A program made the position numbers and the translations under genes. Shown one piece after another: positions 28,112 to 38,354 of a stretch of 64,000 nt of DNA. The stretch is taken from the sequence record NC_014792.1, one strand, 5' to 3'. The notes below the pieces were generated by a model. It ran no database searches. It was not told where the DNA came from and saw only the letters and a program-made list of their open reading frames with translations. The DNA is from Escherichia phage vB_EcoM_VR7. Position 1 is the first letter of the stretch, and every line of letters begins with the position of its first letter.

Positions 28112-28138
28112 TACAAAAGGGACCGAAGTCCCTTTGCT
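28112..28138 (-). terminator. UUCG-tetraloop hairpin upstream of gp43
   Basis: gggac-cgaa-gtccc; TATAAT and RBS follow on the minus strand. Confidence 0.5.
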
Positions 28139-28366
28139 TTAAATTTCTATTGTACGACGTTCGATGGTCGGATTTCCATTTTCATCTTTGGTTCTAACCA
28201 TAGCCTGGAAGACTCTCTGACCAGGATGTAATAATTTATTGAGTTCCTTTTGAAATTCTATTTGAAGCTCTTCGGAAAGGTCAAAAATAGTTTGAGTTGG
28301 GGAAAGTCCGTATACTTCTTTAAGCCGTTCACATGTTTCAATTTCATGCTTCATATCAATTACCAA
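28139..28366 (-). CDS. hypothetical protein
   Basis: 75 aa. Confidence 0.5.
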   Translation of the reverse strand: MVIDMKHEIETCERLKEVYGLSPTQTIFDLSEELQIEFQKELNKLLHPGQRVFQAMVRTKDENGNPTIERRTIEI

Positions 28367-28724
28367 TTGTGTATTTGGCTACGAGTTTCCAATCATCTTT
28401 TTGTTTGAAGGAGATAACACGGAAGTTATTTGTTACTGCGAACAATTCATTATGCTCTTCTTCTTTGATAGCGATTAAGCCCCAGTCTTCGAGCAGTTGA
28501 GCGATGGAATCACGGCGCTGATAGTCTTCGCCATCAATATCCACCTGACGGCCATCCATGCGCAGCATTTCTTTGAAGTGAACAATATAGTAACGACCTT
28601 GCTTCTGTAAGATGTGGCAGCTCTGGTACAGCACACGGTCTTTATTATTCGCGATGCCCATACGGGTCAGAGTTTCTTTAACTTTCAGGAAGTCTTCAGG
28701 TTGCTTTAATGTAATTTCAATCAT
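28356..28724 (-). CDS. regA: RegA translational repressor
   Basis: 122 aa; near-identical to recalled T4 RegA (MIEITLK...NNFRVISFKQK). Confidence 0.9.
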   Translation of the reverse strand: MIEITLKQPEDFLKVKETLTRMGIANNKDRVLYQSCHILQKQGRYYIVHFKEMLRMDGRQVDIDGEDYQRRDSIAQLLEDWGLIAIKEEEHNELFAVTNNFRVISFKQKDDWKLVAKYTIGN

Positions 28725-28725
28725 T

Positions 28726-29304
28726 TTACCATTCCAATATTTGTTTTTTAATTTCTTTTTGTTCTTTCACATTACTGGTAACGGTCTTTAAGAATTCATC
28801 CGTTACCAGACCTTTTGTCTTTTTCAAAACATCTTTAAGACTGCCTTTAACTTTCAATGTTTCCATATACATCAAAGCATCATCTGCATTAATTGTATAA
28901 TATTTCATTAGAAGCTTAATCACTAGCTGGACGTTGACCGCATCGGGTTCAGCCTTTGCCCATTTGCCATAACGCTTGCCTTGTGGAACTGCATGCAACA
29001 GATAATTGTAATGCTGCTGGTCTGTTAACCCGGCACCGATTAAGTTCATCACATTGACCTGCATAATACAATCAACATGTTGGCTCAGGGCATTGTCCAA
29101 CCAAAATTTATTATAGTTTTCCGATTGAATCAGGCACCGAGGCTTTTTACCTACAGTGACATCGTTAAGAATCGCAAACAATTCATTTTCGGCTTTCTCT
29201 TTGTATGAATCAGACAATTCCTGAATTTTGTTAAAGTCGCATGATTTCCACGCAACCTCATGTTCGTTTAATTGAACGTCATCATCAAAGAGACTTACAG
29301 CCAT
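28726..29304 (-). CDS. 62: clamp loader small subunit
   Basis: 192 aa, directly upstream-coupled to gp44. Confidence 0.75.
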   Translation of the reverse strand: MAVSLFDDDVQLNEHEVAWKSCDFNKIQELSDSYKEKAENELFAILNDVTVGKKPRCLIQSENYNKFWLDNALSQHVDCIMQVNVMNLIGAGLTDQQHYNYLLHAVPQGKRYGKWAKAEPDAVNVQLVIKLLMKYYTINADDALMYMETLKVKGSLKDVLKKTKGLVTDEFLKTVTSNVKEQKEIKKQILEW

Positions 29305-30254
29305 TTCATTTCCCCAGCCAGTTGAGCAAACAAGTAGGTCAGGTGAACTTCGGTGTTCGCTGCCAGCCCGTGATACTGATTGTTCTCACCCACAATTTCA
29401 TACATACGGATGATGCTTGCGCCGGTCAGTTTGCCGTACATTTCATCAGCGAGCTTGGCAATGAAGTTTGAATAATCATTTGCAAATTTCGGCGCCAGAC
29501 CACGAAGAACTTTAAAGTTACGGTCTTTAAGGGCATCAATCACATCATCGATTGGAGTGCGATTATTTGTCACGATACTTAAGATACCAGAATCGATAAC
29601 ACCCTTCGCAGAGTAACGGTCAAGCTCGTTAATTGTCTTACGCAAGTCCGGGAAGTTATGCTTAACCAGGGCAGCAACAACTTTCAGGTCTTCGATTTCA
29701 ACACCTTCGTTCTTACAGATAGCCACTGAACGATGAATCATCTGCTTAAGCATGGAGGTACGGTCTTCATCGGTTGACTCACCGAATTTAATCACACGAC
29801 AACGGGACTGCAATGGAGTGATGATACCATCGATGTTGTTCGCGGTCATAATGATAGAACAGTTACTTGAATAAGCTTCCATGAAACTACGTAAATGTCG
29901 CTGGGATTCTGCCAGACCCGCACGGTCAAACTCATCGATAACGATTACCTTACGGCGTCCTTCGATTGATTTGGATGATGCAAAGCGAGTCAATTCATTA
30001 CGCACAAAGTCAATTCGGCAATCGGAGCCGTTAACAAACAGCATATCAGAATTCGTATCCGCGCACATAGCTTTCGCAACTGTTGTCTTACCAGTGCCAG
30101 GGGAACTACTGACCAGAATCAAGTTAGGAATCAACCCTTTTTTAACAATCGCCTCTAACGTTTCTTTATCATGAGCCGGTAGAATACACTCTGATAATGT
30201 ACCTGGGCGGTATTTTTGTTCCCACATGAATTCTTTATCATTAACCGTTAACAT
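29295..30254 (-). CDS. 44: clamp loader large subunit (AAA+)
   Basis: 319 aa; Walker A SPGTGKTT; Walker B VIVIDEFD. Confidence 0.9.
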   Translation of the reverse strand: MLTVNDKEFMWEQKYRPGTLSECILPAHDKETLEAIVKKGLIPNLILVSSSPGTGKTTVAKAMCADTNSDMLFVNGSDCRIDFVRNELTRFASSKSIEGRRKVIVIDEFDRAGLAESQRHLRSFMEAYSSNCSIIMTANNIDGIITPLQSRCRVIKFGESTDEDRTSMLKQMIHRSVAICKNEGVEIEDLKVVAALVKHNFPDLRKTINELDRYSAKGVIDSGILSIVTNNRTPIDDVIDALKDRNFKVLRGLAPKFANDYSNFIAKLADEMYGKLTGASIIRMYEIVGENNQYHGLAANTEVHLTYLFAQLAGEMKWL

Positions 30255-30288
30255 ATATTTTCCTCATATTAGTTTTACTTTGTACTCC

Positions 30289-30306
30289 ATGGGGCCGAAG
30301 CCCCAT
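30289..30306 (-). promoter_or_regulatory. UUCG-tetraloop hairpin without U-run between gp45 and gp44
   Basis: tggggc-cgaa-gcccca; no T-run after it on the minus strand. Confidence 0.35.
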
Positions 30307-30309
30307 TTA

Positions 30310-31005
30310 TTAATCTTGGAATTCGTGGCTGGAGCCTTGTTCCATTGCAATCACATAACTTGCTTGTGTGCCTTCAAACTTCGTAGCAAATTTATCATCT
30401 TTCGCCCAAAGCATAACACGGTAATCAGCCGGAATCATTTTCATGTTCAGTTTGTTAATGATAAATTTAAACGCTGCATCGCCTTCGTAATCACCACACA
30501 CCAGGGAATACAATGGGCGCGCTAATTCTTTATCTTCGAGCTGGTTATAACCATGGATAACAATCTTACCGTCTTTGTTGGTGATAGCAAAAGTATCCAG
30601 AGACAAACCACCGGCCACGCGCAGAAGCTGCTGCAGGTCACTACCTTTCAGGTCGAAGATAACCTTAGCTACTGGGAAAGGAATCTTCTTAGCAGGGAAC
30701 ACGATTGTGCTTGGGTCAGCTGCAGGCCAGTGAATCGTTGAACGTTGGTCTTTGATAATGATGTTTGATGCATCTTCAGCCAGAGATACTTCAGCTTGGT
30801 CAGTTACCAGGCCCAGGATACTTAAGAAGCCGTTCAGGTCATAAATTGCAGCTTCAAAGTCAATTGTGTCATTGATTTCAGATTCACCATATGACGCTCC
30901 AGTTACGGAACGAGTTAGGATGGTATTACCTGGTTTAAGCATAATGCCAGAGTAGATGGAAGTGAAGTTTTTCAGAACTGCGATAGTGTCTTTAGAGAAT
31001 TTCAT
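30310..31005 (-). CDS. 45: sliding clamp
   Basis: 231 aa; position and size as T4 gp45. Confidence 0.8.
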   Translation of the reverse strand: MKFSKDTIAVLKNFTSIYSGIMLKPGNTILTRSVTGASYGESEINDTIDFEAAIYDLNGFLSILGLVTDQAEVSLAEDASNIIIKDQRSTIHWPAADPSTIVFPAKKIPFPVAKVIFDLKGSDLQQLLRVAGGLSLDTFAITNKDGKIVIHGYNQLEDKELARPLYSLVCGDYEGDAAFKFIINKLNMKMIPADYRVMLWAKDDKFATKFEGTQASYVIAMEQGSSHEFQD

Positions 31006-31035
31006 TTAATTACCTTTTATTCAAATCAAAATTAA

Positions 31036-31461
31036 TTAAGCAACAACTGCCATTTGTTTGCGGATAGCTTCCGGAAGAGATTCAATATACTCTGGAAGTT
31101 GCGCAGCAATAATAGAACCAGCTTGGACCAGGTGGTCATCGAAGTCAACACAGTAATCATCTTCTAGACGTTCGGAGCCGTCACGGTCGATAACCAGTTT
31201 AGCACCAGCTGCCAGAGATTCGGTGTAATGACGTTGCATCAGTTCAATCCACTTATCAGATACATCAGTATCGATAACACCATACAGCATAAATTTAACT
31301 TCTTGAGGAAGTGATTTCAGACGGGTAGCAGATACTTCATCACATGCCAGGACCCAGGATTTACGGATGCGGTTTTGGTTATGTGGGTTAGCGTCAGTGC
31401 GGATGGTTTTAACTTGGATATCTTTAGCAGTTACGTTGTTCATAATATTCTCTCTATTCAA
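31036..31461 (-). CDS. hypothetical protein in rpbA position
   Basis: 141 aa between gp46 and gp45; position only. Confidence 0.4.
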   Translation of the reverse strand: MNRENIMNNVTAKDIQVKTIRTDANPHNQNRIRKSWVLACDEVSATRLKSLPQEVKFMLYGVIDTDVSDKWIELMQRHYTESLAAGAKLVIDRDGSERLEDDYCVDFDDHLVQAGSIIAAQLPEYIESLPEAIRKQMAVVA

Positions 31462-31466
31462 TTCAA

Positions 31467-31718
31467 TTAATCAAAGTATTCATATGCGAACCAGGCTTTG
31501 TGTCTGTTCGCAATTATTTTAACATATTCTTCACCGAAAGCGTTTTGCAAGTCACGTTCAGTAACTAGGTGTTCATCTTTCGAAAAGGTATTAACTAACA
31601 CATATCGTTTAATTTCGGGGACAGCTAGTAGATGTTGTCCGGTTAAGAAGTCAGCCATAACAGCCTCTATTATAACATCCTTGTTTAAAGCATTATTCCA
31701 TAACAGTGAATCGACCAA
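31467..31718 (-). CDS. hypothetical protein
   Basis: 83 aa. Confidence 0.45.
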   Translation of the reverse strand: MVDSLLWNNALNKDVIIEAVMADFLTGQHLLAVPEIKRYVLVNTFSKDEHLVTERDLQNAFGEEYVKIIANRHKAWFAYEYFD

Positions 31719-33387
31719 CTTTTTTCATCTGGAGATGTTGCCCGTATGCTTCCGGGTCATGGTCTCGGTGACTGATAATAAAGATGTTGGTGTCTTCCAA
31801 TTTGTTCAGGATGGTAGCAATTGCTTTAACACCCTCTACATCAGTAGCTGAATCGAAAACTTCGTCCAGAATCAATGTGTTTATATTGACACCAGATACT
31901 TTCGCAGCAATATCACGCCATGTAAACAACAATGCAATATCGATACGAGCTTTTTCACCCTGGCTAAATGATGCATAGCTAAAGTCTTCACGCCCACGAG
32001 ATTTAATTGTTTCGTTGAATTCTTCATCAAGCGTAAAACTATAATCAGCTTCCATAACTTTCAGATAAGCATTAATTTGCTTATTAAAGATAGGAATATA
32101 TTTCTTAATAATCGCGCCTTTGATTCCAGAATCTTTCAACATATCCGTTAAGATACCACGTTGATATTTTTCCATAACAAGGTTTGATTTCTGTTTGACT
32201 ATTTTATCAAGCTGGTCTTGAAGCGTTTTAATATCATCGGCATGGTCAATGAATTCAGACTTAGCTTGTTCAATTAACGTCTTAACCTTTTTAGCTTTAT
32301 CCACAGTCTGGATTAACGTTTGTTTCTTAGTTTGAATCTCTTGAGCTATTGTACGTTGGTTTTGTCTTGCTTCAGCGTACGCATCAAATCGCTCCTGAAT
32401 GGAGGCCTGGAGAGCTTTATGGCTATCAGACTCACGATTATACTCTTCAATCTTTGTCTCAATTCTGGGGACTATGGAGTCTCCTGGCGACAATTGACTC
32501 AAACACGTTTGGCAACAACCGCCTTTCTCGTACAAACCGATTACTTTACGGAAGCTATCGATTTTCGATTTAATCAGGAAAGATTCTTGCTTGACTTTCG
32601 TCAGTTCCTGTTCAGGGTCTTCACCCAAAATAATTTCGGTCAATCTTGTCGTTGCTTCATCAATCGTTGATTTGATATCACGTGCTTCTGAAGCCAAATC
32701 ATCATACATCGTTTGCAACCGCAGCAGATTATCACCTGATAATTTTTTCTGCTTTTCAACGTTGTCCTGGTAGATTTTAATCTGTTGCACAACACCATCA
32801 TGCTGAACATCAATCACCTGGATTTGGCTATTGACTTCGCGGATAAGAGATTTGTTCAGCTTATCCATATCAGCCAGTACAGAAACCTCTAACAGGTCTT
32901 CGACAAGTTTTCTTCTTGCAGGAGTGGATAGGCCCATGAAAGGGGTATATCCAGCTGTGCCGAGTACGACAATCTGTTTGAAACTGGCGTATGACATTCC
33001 GATAAGCTGTTCAAATTCTGCTTGGAAATCTTTACTGCTGGCAGATTCATCAAGACGTTCACCGCCACAAGAGATTTCAAAAACATTGGGTTTTTGCCCG
33101 CGTTTGATATAGTATTCTTTGCCATCATATTCCATCCACAATTCAACGAGCATATCTTTTTTGTTGCTCGAGTTAATCAACTGCCCTTTCTTAACATCAC
33201 GAAAAGGCTTACCAAACAATGCAAATGTAACGGCTTCAAGGAACGTAGATTTCCCTGCACCGTTCTTTCCGGTCACCAGAGTTTTCTGAACCTTATCGAG
33301 TTGAACCGTAATTGCTTGCGCTCCAACTGACATGATATTTTTATAGATAACTTTTTTAAGCTTAAAAGTCTTCATCGTAATAAGCAT
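31693..33387 (-). CDS. 46: recombination nuclease subunit (SbcC/Rad50-like)
   Basis: 564 aa; Walker A GKNGAGKST; coiled-coil middle; CxxC hook-like CCQTC. Confidence 0.9.
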   Translation of the reverse strand: MLITMKTFKLKKVIYKNIMSVGAQAITVQLDKVQKTLVTGKNGAGKSTFLEAVTFALFGKPFRDVKKGQLINSSNKKDMLVELWMEYDGKEYYIKRGQKPNVFEISCGGERLDESASSKDFQAEFEQLIGMSYASFKQIVVLGTAGYTPFMGLSTPARRKLVEDLLEVSVLADMDKLNKSLIREVNSQIQVIDVQHDGVVQQIKIYQDNVEKQKKLSGDNLLRLQTMYDDLASEARDIKSTIDEATTRLTEIILGEDPEQELTKVKQESFLIKSKIDSFRKVIGLYEKGGCCQTCLSQLSPGDSIVPRIETKIEEYNRESDSHKALQASIQERFDAYAEARQNQRTIAQEIQTKKQTLIQTVDKAKKVKTLIEQAKSEFIDHADDIKTLQDQLDKIVKQKSNLVMEKYQRGILTDMLKDSGIKGAIIKKYIPIFNKQINAYLKVMEADYSFTLDEEFNETIKSRGREDFSYASFSQGEKARIDIALLFTWRDIAAKVSGVNINTLILDEVFDSATDVEGVKAIATILNKLEDTNIFIISHRDHDPEAYGQHLQMKKVGRFTVME

Positions 33388-33625
33388 CCTTGATGCAAGA
33401 TTCTGCCATATGAATTAATGTCTCTGGTGTATCATCTTCCATTACATTAAAGCTAAATTCTACAGCCCAATCAGTGACTACATAGACTTTGATAAGTTGA
33501 CCGGTTTCCCGGTCAGTAATAGCTTCAAACCAATACTTAATCGTATTCGGTTGGTTATCATCGTCAACCACATCACATTCGCGGATATGTTCAAGACACG
33601 CTTCATTAAAATCATAAAGTCTCAC
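33362..33625 (-). CDS. hypothetical protein
   Basis: 87 aa between gp47 and gp46. Confidence 0.5.
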   Translation of the reverse strand: MRLYDFNEACLEHIRECDVVDDDNQPNTIKYWFEAITDRETGQLIKVYVVTDWAVEFSFNVMEDDTPETLIHMAESCIKDAYYDEDF

Positions 33626-34641
33626 GGTTGCACCTCAAGGTATAATTTGTTGGCCAATGCTTTAAGAGCTTTTGATTCTTTTTCATTGGCATCAGGTAAT
33701 GCATCGATATATTCTGCCATCATATCCGTTAAGCGTTTTATGTCTAGCTCTTCATCTGCATCTGTTGTGTCTACACTATTGTCAACCTTATTGACAATAC
33801 GCAAGTCATGCACGCGCTTTTCTAATTCAGATTCAAACTTGGTCAGTTCTTTATCGACTTTTTCTACAATAACACGGACTGATAAGTCTTTGAAGTCGTC
33901 GTAGTTAATAGTTTCGTTTGGATAGAAAATCTTCCGATGCCAGGTGGTTTCATTCGGAATAAATTTCATCTCTTCGGTTTCGGTATTAAATTCCCAGAAC
34001 CCGCGAGGGTCGTTCTCATCGCCTGCTGTTAATGTCCATGGTGTACCGATGTACTTAACGTTTGCAGCTTCTGAAATGGTATGGAAGTGTCCAGACCAAA
34101 CTTGCTTGTACTTCTTAAGGAAATCAGGCTCAAGCCCGTGTGATTTCAATCCTTTGTAGAAATAAAACCCGGTTAATTCCCAGTGACCGATGCAATATTC
34201 AGCGCCAGAGGTTTTGATGTGGTCATGAATAGCTGTCGCGTTCTCATCACACATCCATGGAATCATATCAATCTGACAGCCGTCAAAATCAACAGTCGTT
34301 GGCTTATCGTAGATTTTAACATGGTCATACTTATTCAGAAGTTCGGTGATAGCGTTAGGATGAATCTTATTCTTTAGATTCATGTCATGGTTCCCGATTA
34401 TCGTGTGCAGAGTAATTCCTGCTTCACGAAGGAGTTCCATAATCTCACGGCTGAATTCCATCGTCTTATGCGTCACGGCCTTACGGACATCAAAGATATC
34501 ACCGTATTGAATCCAGACTTTAATTCCATTCGCCTTAGAATATGCAATCGCCTGTAAAATACCATCGCGTTGAATGTTTTGAGCCCATGGGTCGTCAGCT
34601 TTGACACCCAAGTGCCAATCACCTAAATTTAAAATTTTCAT
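33622..34641 (-). CDS. 47: recombination nuclease subunit (SbcD/Mre11-like)
   Basis: 339 aa; metallophosphatase motifs LGDWHLG, GNHD. Confidence 0.9.
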   Translation of the reverse strand: MKILNLGDWHLGVKADDPWAQNIQRDGILQAIAYSKANGIKVWIQYGDIFDVRKAVTHKTMEFSREIMELLREAGITLHTIIGNHDMNLKNKIHPNAITELLNKYDHVKIYDKPTTVDFDGCQIDMIPWMCDENATAIHDHIKTSGAEYCIGHWELTGFYFYKGLKSHGLEPDFLKKYKQVWSGHFHTISEAANVKYIGTPWTLTAGDENDPRGFWEFNTETEEMKFIPNETTWHRKIFYPNETINYDDFKDLSVRVIVEKVDKELTKFESELEKRVHDLRIVNKVDNSVDTTDADEELDIKRLTDMMAEYIDALPDANEKESKALKALANKLYLEVQP

Positions 34642-34684
34642 ATACTCTCCTCAGTTGGTTCATTTTATCATCCCGATTATAAAG

Positions 34685-34712
34685 CAAAAAAGGAAGCACT
34701 AGGCTTCCTTTC
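34685..34712 (-). terminator. hairpin with U-run upstream of gp47
   Basis: aggaagc...gcttcct stem followed by TTTTTTGC on minus strand. Confidence 0.45.
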
Positions 34713-34958
34713 CAATTAATACACCATACAGAGGTTCATGAGAAGACTTGAACTTGATGGTTTTATAGGTAATAGTACCTTCATTTTCTGCTTTAATACG
34801 AGCGGCTTCAAATTGAAGCATCATCTCATTTTTGTCAGATTTAATCTTATCAAAATCCGTCGAACTCGTCATTCATACGCCCTCTTAAACCTTTTCGTAT
34901 TCGTCGTTCAAGCTATTAAAAATCCGGATGTTCGTCATTCATTAACCTTCTCCAAATC

Positions 34959-35162
34959 CTACCAGCGTTTCCACCATTTTTTAAGCTGGTGTGAATCAAC
35001 CCACACCTTCGCTACTGGCTCAATCTGAAAAATACCGTCAGAATACTGGTCAATCATTTTGTATTCGGTTTCAGTCTGCTTAATACAGATATTACCATAT
35101 GAGCGAAGTCTGAAAGCGGCTCCAACAAGAAGCCGTTTAAAAGGTTTATTTACTAATGCCAT
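34959..35162 (-). CDS. hypothetical protein
   Basis: 67 aa. Confidence 0.4.
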   Translation of the reverse strand: MALVNKPFKRLLVGAAFRLRSYGNICIKQTETEYKMIDQYSDGIFQIEPVAKVWVDSHQLKKWWKRW

Positions 35163-35457
35163 TTACGATTTCCCAAATTTGCTTGCGAGTAGTTTCCCAC
35201 ATCAACTTAATCAGGTCTTCCGTAACTGGTTGGCGGTAAATTCCACGCAGTTTAACTAAAGCATATTTGTATGCTTCAAAATTGTTTTCCAGCACTGCCC
35301 CTTGAGCATGCTTATTCAGTCGTTCAATTTCACGAGCATTCTTTTTCAGAATCTTTGCTGCTTGGATGGTTGCTTCGAGTGCGTTCGCTTCTTCGAGACG
35401 TTCCTGTGCTTCTTCAATCTGCTTATCGGTCAGTTGAGAAATATCTGGAGCTTGCAT
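35146..35457 (-). CDS. hypothetical protein
   Basis: 103 aa helical ORF. Confidence 0.5.
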   Translation of the reverse strand: MQAPDISQLTDKQIEEAQERLEEANALEATIQAAKILKKNAREIERLNKHAQGAVLENNFEAYKYALVKLRGIYRQPVTEDLIKLMWETTRKQIWEIVNGISK

Positions 35458-35458
35458 A

Positions 35459-35710
35459 TTAATCCTTGGGAGTTAACTCAATTGTAAAATATAGATTAGC
35501 ATTATCCACATGATAACGGTAATCAACGTTATTATCCGGTGAAGTAAATTCCAGATTCCGGACGTTTAAAGGGTCGATATCAATTGGAAGACCTTTTATG
35601 TCTCGCAGATAAAGTTTAATGAAATATGGGAGCGCTGTAAAGTCTTCCTCGATTTTATCTAAAAAATCGGTAATATCAAATTGATGTTCCATATAAAAAA
35701 TCCAAATCAC
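35459..35710 (-). CDS. hypothetical protein
   Basis: 83 aa; start codon ambiguous (GTG in track). Confidence 0.4.
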   Translation of the reverse strand: MIWIFYMEHQFDITDFLDKIEEDFTALPYFIKLYLRDIKGLPIDIDPLNVRNLEFTSPDNNVDYRYHVDNANLYFTIELTPKD

Positions 35711-36233
35711 CCTCTTTATCCTTGGCGCTCTTATCAGACCCTGGCGCTTTAACTAAGGAGGATTCGTACTGTGTCATTTTGTCATAGATGTCCTGGATAA
35801 ATGTTTCGTCAGCCAGAGCCACCATATCGTCGTCACGTGAATCATACACGTTATGGACGAAGTAGCTATATTTCTTTGCCATTTCTTTACGTTCTTTTTT
35901 GATACGCTGAACGAAAGCATTGAAGCAAGCCATTGTTATGTAAGCATGTGGATTATCGTATTTTGTTTCGTCGAAGTTATGAAGACCTTTTATTGCGGCC
36001 TCAATTCCGTCCGCTATCATTTCCTGCTTCCAAGATTGGGTATATCCTGAAAAGTTGAAACGTTTAGACAGACCTTCGGCTATAAGCATAATTGCCAGAC
36101 CAATAACATCGTTCTGGCGAATAATTTTATTTGGGTCGGTGTTCGCATTCAGCTTCTGTTTCCACTCCGAAATAGCTTTCAGAAGCTCTTTATTATTTAC
36201 ATAGTTATTCTTGGTTAATTTAATTTCGTTCAT
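35676..36233 (-). CDS. 55: late sigma factor
   Basis: 185 aa; [42 protein letters not shown] recalled from T4 gp55. Confidence 0.9.
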   Translation of the reverse strand: MNEIKLTKNNYVNNKELLKAISEWKQKLNANTDPNKIIRQNDVIGLAIMLIAEGLSKRFNFSGYTQSWKQEMIADGIEAAIKGLHNFDETKYDNPHAYITMACFNAFVQRIKKERKEMAKKYSYFVHNVYDSRDDDMVALADETFIQDIYDKMTQYESSLVKAPGSDKSAKDKEGDLDFLYGTSI

Positions 36234-36256
36234 ATCGCCTCACTTAGTATATGAAT

Positions 36257-36290
36257 ATTATATCATCCTTGATACAAAGCGTTAGCGAAG
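36257..36290 (-). promoter_or_regulatory. candidate middle-type promoter (GCTTT box near -30, TATAAT at -10)
   Basis: AACGCTTTGTATCAAGGATGATATAAT upstream of gp55; near-identical element at 45755..45790. Confidence 0.35.
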
Positions 36291-36548
36291 TAAACAGTAA
36301 GCCTGGAAGACCTTCTCCATAATTGCCTTAAATTCGTGGATGTCAATATAAGGGATAACCTCAGCATCACTAATGAATTCCATCAGCCGGTCATGCTCGT
36401 TGTGGTATTGACCTTCATTCAACATGCTGATATGAGATTCCCAGGAGCCATACCCTTCTGCGTGTGGGAAGAATGTTATTTTCATGAATTCATCCACCCA
36501 AAACGTTCCCAGGTCCTGGACGGATATCATTGTATGATTGATGTGCAT
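36282..36548 (-). CDS. hypothetical protein
   Basis: 88 aa. Confidence 0.45.
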   Translation of the reverse strand: MHINHTMISVQDLGTFWVDEFMKITFFPHAEGYGSWESHISMLNEGQYHNEHDRLMEFISDAEVIPYIDIHEFKAIMEKVFQAYCLLR

Positions 36549-36814
36549 CAGTGCACCAATTGGGCAGCTTCTAAAACATCATCAAGCTTATCAAACTGGT
36601 CAACATAATCAATCCCACCAACTTCATCTTTGGCATACAACCAATACTGCTTGAATTCATATTCAATAATAAAGTGGTCGCCTTCAATCTGGAGGACACC
36701 AACATCATTAAATTGAACTGCGTAACCCGTAAAGCGGGTATCATTCAGGAGTTCTTCTTTCATAGTAATCATTTCCAGGTTTTTCTCATAATGAGAGAGT
36801 TTAATTTTAATCAT
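36548..36814 (-). CDS. hypothetical protein
   Basis: 88 aa. Confidence 0.45.
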   Translation of the reverse strand: MIKIKLSHYEKNLEMITMKEELLNDTRFTGYAVQFNDVGVLQIEGDHFIIEYEFKQYWLYAKDEVGGIDYVDQFDKLDDVLEAAQLVH

Positions 36815-37070
36815 TTAAGTAGTCCAGGAATTCGTCTAATGTCATGCCTTCTCCCCAAGCTTCCCAAGCATCGATTTTAGTGTACTTGGTTTTAGTGCGC
36901 ATAGGATAGATTCTGAATTCATATCCCATTGAAATGAAATAATTTAAAGTCCTTTGTAAATAGTAACCGTGACTAATTTTATGAGCTCGGCGAATTCCAT
37001 TAGCATACTTATGTTTGTAGGATACTATTACCGCAACACCTTCAGGTAATTCAATAGCAGGACACATCAT
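36807..37070 (-). CDS. hypothetical protein
   Basis: 87 aa. Confidence 0.45.
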   Translation of the reverse strand: MMCPAIELPEGVAVIVSYKHKYANGIRRAHKISHGYYLQRTLNYFISMGYEFRIYPMRTKTKYTKIDAWEAWGEGMTLDEFLDYLND

Positions 37071-37411
37071 TTTACGCCCTTAACAATTTTCAGGTCAACA
37101 AAACCTTTCTTGCGCTGGGAATTCATACGCTTGATGGCTTTGTCAGAAACTTCTTTGTTTTCACGTGGGAGCGGCAGACCAAACGCTACTACATCGAATT
37201 CGTTCAGGATATACTGAACAAGGCTTTCACGAATACGCGCTTTACCCATTGTCTGACCTTCTGCAATAATCAACTTCTGTACATCGCCTTCCCACTGGTC
37301 CAGAATCTCAGGGGTAACAAAACCAGATTTCATCAGAGTGTTAACTTTAGCAAATGCGAAATTAGCGATGATGTTAGTGATAGATGCAGTCATGATATAT
37401 TCCTCAGTCAA
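37067..37411 (-). CDS. hypothetical protein
   Basis: 114 aa. Confidence 0.5.
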   Translation of the reverse strand: MTEEYIMTASITNIIANFAFAKVNTLMKSGFVTPEILDQWEGDVQKLIIAEGQTMGKARIRESLVQYILNEFDVVAFGLPLPRENKEVSDKAIKRMNSQRKKGFVDLKIVKGVK

Positions 37412-37436
37412 TTAAATTAAAATTTTATTATCCTTG

Positions 37437-37458
37437 GGGTCATTATACCATGACCCCG
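37437..37458 (-). terminator. 8-bp hairpin GGGGTCAT...ATGACCCC
   Basis: perfect inverted repeat between two genes; TATAAT sits inside the loop region. Confidence 0.4.
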
Positions 37459-37465
37459 TTGGTTT

Positions 37466-37663
37466 TTACTGCGCTTTAGCGGCTTTCCATCCTTCATACA
37501 TCATTGCGACGGATATTAATATTGCTCCTGAACAGCTTGAATATTTGTGATTCCAAAACCAGTTCAGAAAAACTTCGTCATCAATACCTTGGGCCATCAT
37601 ATTTTCAAAGAACTGACGACGAGCTTCGGCAATTCGCTGCGATAATTTAGATTCAGGATTCAT
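37466..37663 (-). CDS. hypothetical protein
   Basis: start moved to MNPESKL immediately after upstream stop. Confidence 0.4.
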   Translation of the reverse strand: MNPESKLSQRIAEARRQFFENMMAQGIDDEVFLNWFWNHKYSSCSGAILISVAMMYEGWKAAKAQ

Positions 37664-37664
37664 T

Positions 37665-37796
37665 TTAAATTTTCCAATTGCCATTTTCATCAATGAATTT
37701 AATCCAGTCATTTACTGACCACTTAGTTGTATCACCCTTTGGAGTAACATTTAAAGTGTATAACCCCTGCTTAAAAAACATTCGTTTGATATTCAT
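37665..37796 (-). CDS. small hypothetical protein
   Basis: start moved to MNIKRMFF with GAGGAAA RBS; about 43 aa. Confidence 0.35.
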   Translation of the reverse strand: MNIKRMFFKQGLYTLNVTPKGDTTKWSVNDWIKFIDENGNWKI

Positions 37797-37803
37797 ATTT
37801 TCC

Positions 37804-38097
37804 TCAGCTATAACGGTAACATTCATTTGATTTACGCTTTGCAACACGATGAGAAGTATTATAATCAAAATCATCCTCAACGTACACATCTTTTTTCAAC
37901 TGACGAACTTCTTTACGCAGTTGACGATTCATCTCATTCTTAACTTCTGAATCAACACCACGCATACGCTTCCATTTGTCTGAACGGAAGATATTTTCTT
38001 CAACTTGTTCCTGACTTACACCATCAGGCGCCTGACGACGCCCTGAATAATAAAAATCTTTTACAGACAATTCTTTGCGACGAATAGTTTTACCCAT
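37804..38097 (-). CDS. hypothetical basic protein
   Basis: 97 aa; GAGGTAAC RBS. Confidence 0.5.
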   Translation of the reverse strand: MGKTIRRKELSVKDFYYSGRRQAPDGVSQEQVEENIFRSDKWKRMRGVDSEVKNEMNRQLRKEVRQLKKDVYVEDDFDYNTSHRVAKRKSNECYRYS

Positions 38098-38099
38098 AG

Positions 38100-38354
38100 T
38101 TACCTCAGCAGTTTGTATCCAATAAGATTTTTGATATACTGAATATCTTTGATACCCAAATCCAACTTAAGGTCTTTCAGACGTTCACTCAGGGTCAAAA
38201 AGGTTACGTGCTTCCAATTCTTCACTGGGCAACAATAAGTCTTAGGACCATTTGCAATTTCAATATTCTTATCAGTGACGGTGAGAAAAATCAGACGCTC
38301 ATCATCCAGATTAAGGGTAATGACATTTTTCATTGCGTGTAATTTCAGTCTCAT
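38100..38354 (-). CDS. hypothetical protein
   Basis: 84 aa. Confidence 0.45.
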   Translation of the reverse strand: MRLKLHAMKNVITLNLDDERLIFLTVTDKNIEIANGPKTYCCPVKNWKHVTFLTLSERLKDLKLDLGIKDIQYIKNLIGYKLLR

